DNA from: Candidatus Altimarinota bacterium
GTDB lineage: Bacteria > Patescibacteriota > Gracilibacteria > UBA4473
Reading direction: 5' to 3'
Length of the DNA: 64,000 nucleotides
NCBI GenBank assembly: GCA_965231215.1
Contig: OZ246423.1
Coordinates: 1,262,060-1,326,059, forward strand
Below, piece by piece: positions 62,501 to 64,000 of this stretch. A model generated the notes under the pieces. The model ran no database searches. It worked only from the letters and a program-made list of their open reading frames with translations, and was not told the origin of the DNA. Position 1 is the first letter of the stretch, and each line of letters starts with the position of its first letter. The translations under genes were made by a program, and so were the position numbers.

Positions 62501-64000
62501 CCCGATTAATCTGTGGCGTGGGAAGCGTGATATCCATATTCCCCCCTGGAGTCATTAACCTTCCATCATATTGGGTATTAGGATTTTTTGGCATATGCAT
62601 AACCTCTTGGTTAAAGCCTTTGTTGAAGGTGTCTCCATGTAACCAAGGGAAAAGCCCGCCTACGTGAACTTGGGGAACTCGACATTTATCACTGTATTTA
62701 AAATTAATATTTTGCACGCCTTGAATAGCCTTTAAGATTTGTTTATTGAGTAGAGATTTTGCATCCCACTTAGCCTGCCGGCTACTTTGTTCGGCTTTAA
62801 GCCCCTGACTGTAATTAGACATTTTCTGTACCACTTGAGTCGCTGCCGCTACAATTCTGTTTTCCATATCACGCATCTGCAACACCTGTTTTGCCGCCTG
62901 ATTTACCATTTGGCCGAGCGCTTTAAAATTCTGATCATGTTGAGCGGTATGATTCTGAATACTGTTTCGAGCTTCTAAGGCTTTTTCTAAAGAACCAGCA
63001 TATTCATTAAGCGCTATAACTAGTTTTGGAATTTTGGGTCTAACCTCTTCTAAATCTGTCACAAGCCCTTCCCATCGAGTGGCAAAAGTATCATAATCTA
63101 CGGCAATAAAGGTCTTCATTTCATCCAAACGCTGAACCGATCGTGTGATAAGTTGGAGTGATTTTTCACATACTTCTTTGTTTTCACTTGCCTTGGGCCC
63201 TTGGCATAAAGTCTTTACTTCTTCAGCAAAGGCTCTTAGCTGTGTTTCGTAGGCTTGAACTCCAGTAGTTAGGGCGGCTTTTTCTGGTAAAACTAATTGA
63301 GCAGATTTAAGGGTCGTCAGCGTTTCCAGAACTTCAATACTAGAGGTGAGAGTCTCCATTACCTGATTAACAGCAAATGGAATTTTTTCTTCTAGCTCTT
63401 GCATCAGCCCTTGTTTATTTTGGTCAAATTCTTGTTTTTTATTCTGCATGTCTTCTTGCGACATTGCTGGAATACTAATCGGTACTGGTTCATATTGAGT
63501 GTTTATAAGATCGGCTCCAAGCCTGTCCATAGCCAGTCGCATATCTCCGGTAGCCTGTGAAGCACTTTGAGCCATTTTAGCTCCAAAATCGGTAGAAGGT
63601 TTAAAGCTCGCATTCCCTGCATTTCCCTGCCCAATACCTTTACGGAAACTGGCATGTTGAGCTCTTTGACCATCACCAAATTTAGAAGAACCTACTCTTT
63701 GGGCCGGAATTTTTCCTTTATGGCCGCGAGGGGCAGAACCAATAATAGAATTAGCCGCGGCCAATCCTTCACTGAGTTTCAAAAATATATTACTTCCACT
63801 TTTATATTTACTGGCCGCAGCGGCCATTTGTAAATTATTAGGGAAAAATTTGGAGAGTTTGCTGTCCAGAGCTTTCCCAATTTTATTCTGAAGGAAGGCT
63901 TGCTTACTTGCCCTCAAGAAAGAATTGGGATCCCATTTTGGTTTAGGCGGGCCAGCCATATGTCTTATTTTAGAACCAAAAGCATCCATAATCACGGACT
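59544..64000 (-). CDS. Giant protein (>1483 aa, 5' end outside window): coiled coil, Pro-rich region, Leu/Gly quasi-repeats, FG-GAP/VCBS-like motif
   Basis: Frame open to the window edge; IDDLDDDGINEVLW Ca-binding-type motif; beta-rich acidic C-terminus. Confidence 0.75.
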   Translation of the reverse strand, partial: SVIMDAFGSKIRHMAGPPKPKWDPNSFLRASKQAFLQNKIGKALDSKLSKFFPNNLQMAAAASKYKSGSNIFLKLSEGLAAANSIIGSAPRGHKGKIPAQRVGSSKFGDGQRAQHASFRKGIGQGNAGNASFKPSTDFGAKMAQSASQATGDMRLAMDRLGADLINTQYEPVPISIPAMSQEDMQNKKQEFDQNKQGLMQELEEKIPFAVNQVMETLTSSIEVLETLTTLKSAQLVLPEKAALTTGVQAYETQLRAFAEEVKTLCQGPKASENKEVCEKSLQLITRSVQRLDEMKTFIAVDYDTFATRWEGLVTDLEEVRPKIPKLVIALNEYAGSLEKALEARNSIQNHTAQHDQNFKALGQMVNQAAKQVLQMRDMENRIVAAATQVVQKMSNYSQGLKAEQSSRQAKWDAKSLLNKQILKAIQGVQNINFKYSDKCRVPQVHVGGLFPWLHGDTFNKGFNQEVMHMPKNPNTQYDGRLMTPGGNMDITLPTPQINRVDMGQINTMDAPPSVPNYSEDIVEAQTKIKIPQGLATDLKANIDAAQGWLSLREWENGDTFKFFPTLDVEGNIVTKATQNPLLGDMFTKLPKEASLKTLAELDIESLPEPVQELPLKIPKVKKLLKLPIPQLMQMPMPNIPFDQPNLSPPATQQNNIVGDLMGMIQKPLKWMNLECNIALNATSVPEGWGKAQGEKITDRRSLDRKRDFGNGQLKGFHAQAPKNLLSTFGKSKNKDGDGKRKTLFEGVLKKLRDQAQQHLKFFNQNASASLPITVADGGFIPESLREDRSWIERITASQPATSTPYRMVKDLKRLAAHMPAYSPEQKELRAVLANIRVPEPDYNLAYRKEVKETFDAYIAQLENYKKSRAQETRMLANIYKSNPENFFAHSTVQQILEQDKRYLASSGSGGLGNLKLPSAPDFKRSIHSFGKAGDLVKDLPSLKQLAGLEQLNKLAEITSALEKLGNLKDLKKLTQVADKIKGLGKLGDIAKIGEIGGMLQNLQSLGHIANLKQAAALIRNLPQLGDLKTAAQQELLKSLGNIVDETKLAEIADQVRSLGSLENVASLAKLGNLLTDLEGSGYISSPNQGGELLKNLGNLTTIINTTGVSQQPTEMQLVNAQNEDDAGYMIKSGLYYSQHKDDRPEFLFRMPIATPDIPLAIDDLDDDGINEVLWAMNDQIYVKRKTDPVGDELRFTLKTKTLEETLKKSFSPVSYYESFMFGESPRITFNHQDTDPPEYYEWYLTERPDTQFEIMVPKTQKVAQYQRVEALLLRAPSDLNVIRTPNALVKSVSGTPQIKSPLYTNIQKFPYDACLNEVAENTYINDATILSGDQDTEMFIFYYSGPNVEAETVIQVLPAGKEVRLEDVEICVFEGNPKMYEDDPGEFLSAQNVSVGIPVFDQSIISLKSASDKVIMDLFNGEKVALQGPIDYRFHVQQEINDDFDILLPETNYTQLYAILMALKEGVPTYFRNLFIPSRILENQ

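Overview
AT-rich, densely packed bacterial chromosome segment. The gene content is consistent with a Patescibacteria (CPR) organism of the Gracilibacteria/Peregrinibacteria type (inference): ADP-forming acetate-CoA ligase, tandem pilT, sortase, wHTH regulator and many secreted orphans. It uses the standard code 11, since conserved genes are intact and ATGA stop/start overlaps occur. Housekeeping genes: rlmD-like, mutL, gatC/gatA, carA, N-terminal half of carB, rplS, tig, proS, rnhA, folC, tRNA-Val(TAC), trpS, groES/groEL with two tandem CIRCE operators, priA (1-nt frameshift), hrcA, dnaE, trhO, secA. No rRNA, CRISPR array, integrase or transposase was seen. Most notable observations: (1) a Nudix hydrolase fused to a RelA/SpoT-like synthetase domain; (2) a tightly coupled operon of secreted Cys-paired orphan proteins headed by a giant protein and ending in a pseudo-protease (54.9-64 kb); (3) an orphan LpxC-like deacetylase in a presumed LPS-free cell; (4) two adjacent signal-peptide-less proteins sharing an N-terminal leader, one with an M15-type wall-peptidase motif; (5) two secreted proteins built from one 4-Cys repeat; (6) a stand-alone half CarB; (7) several secreted pseudo-enzymes. 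All assignments come from reading motifs by eye, and no database searches were run.
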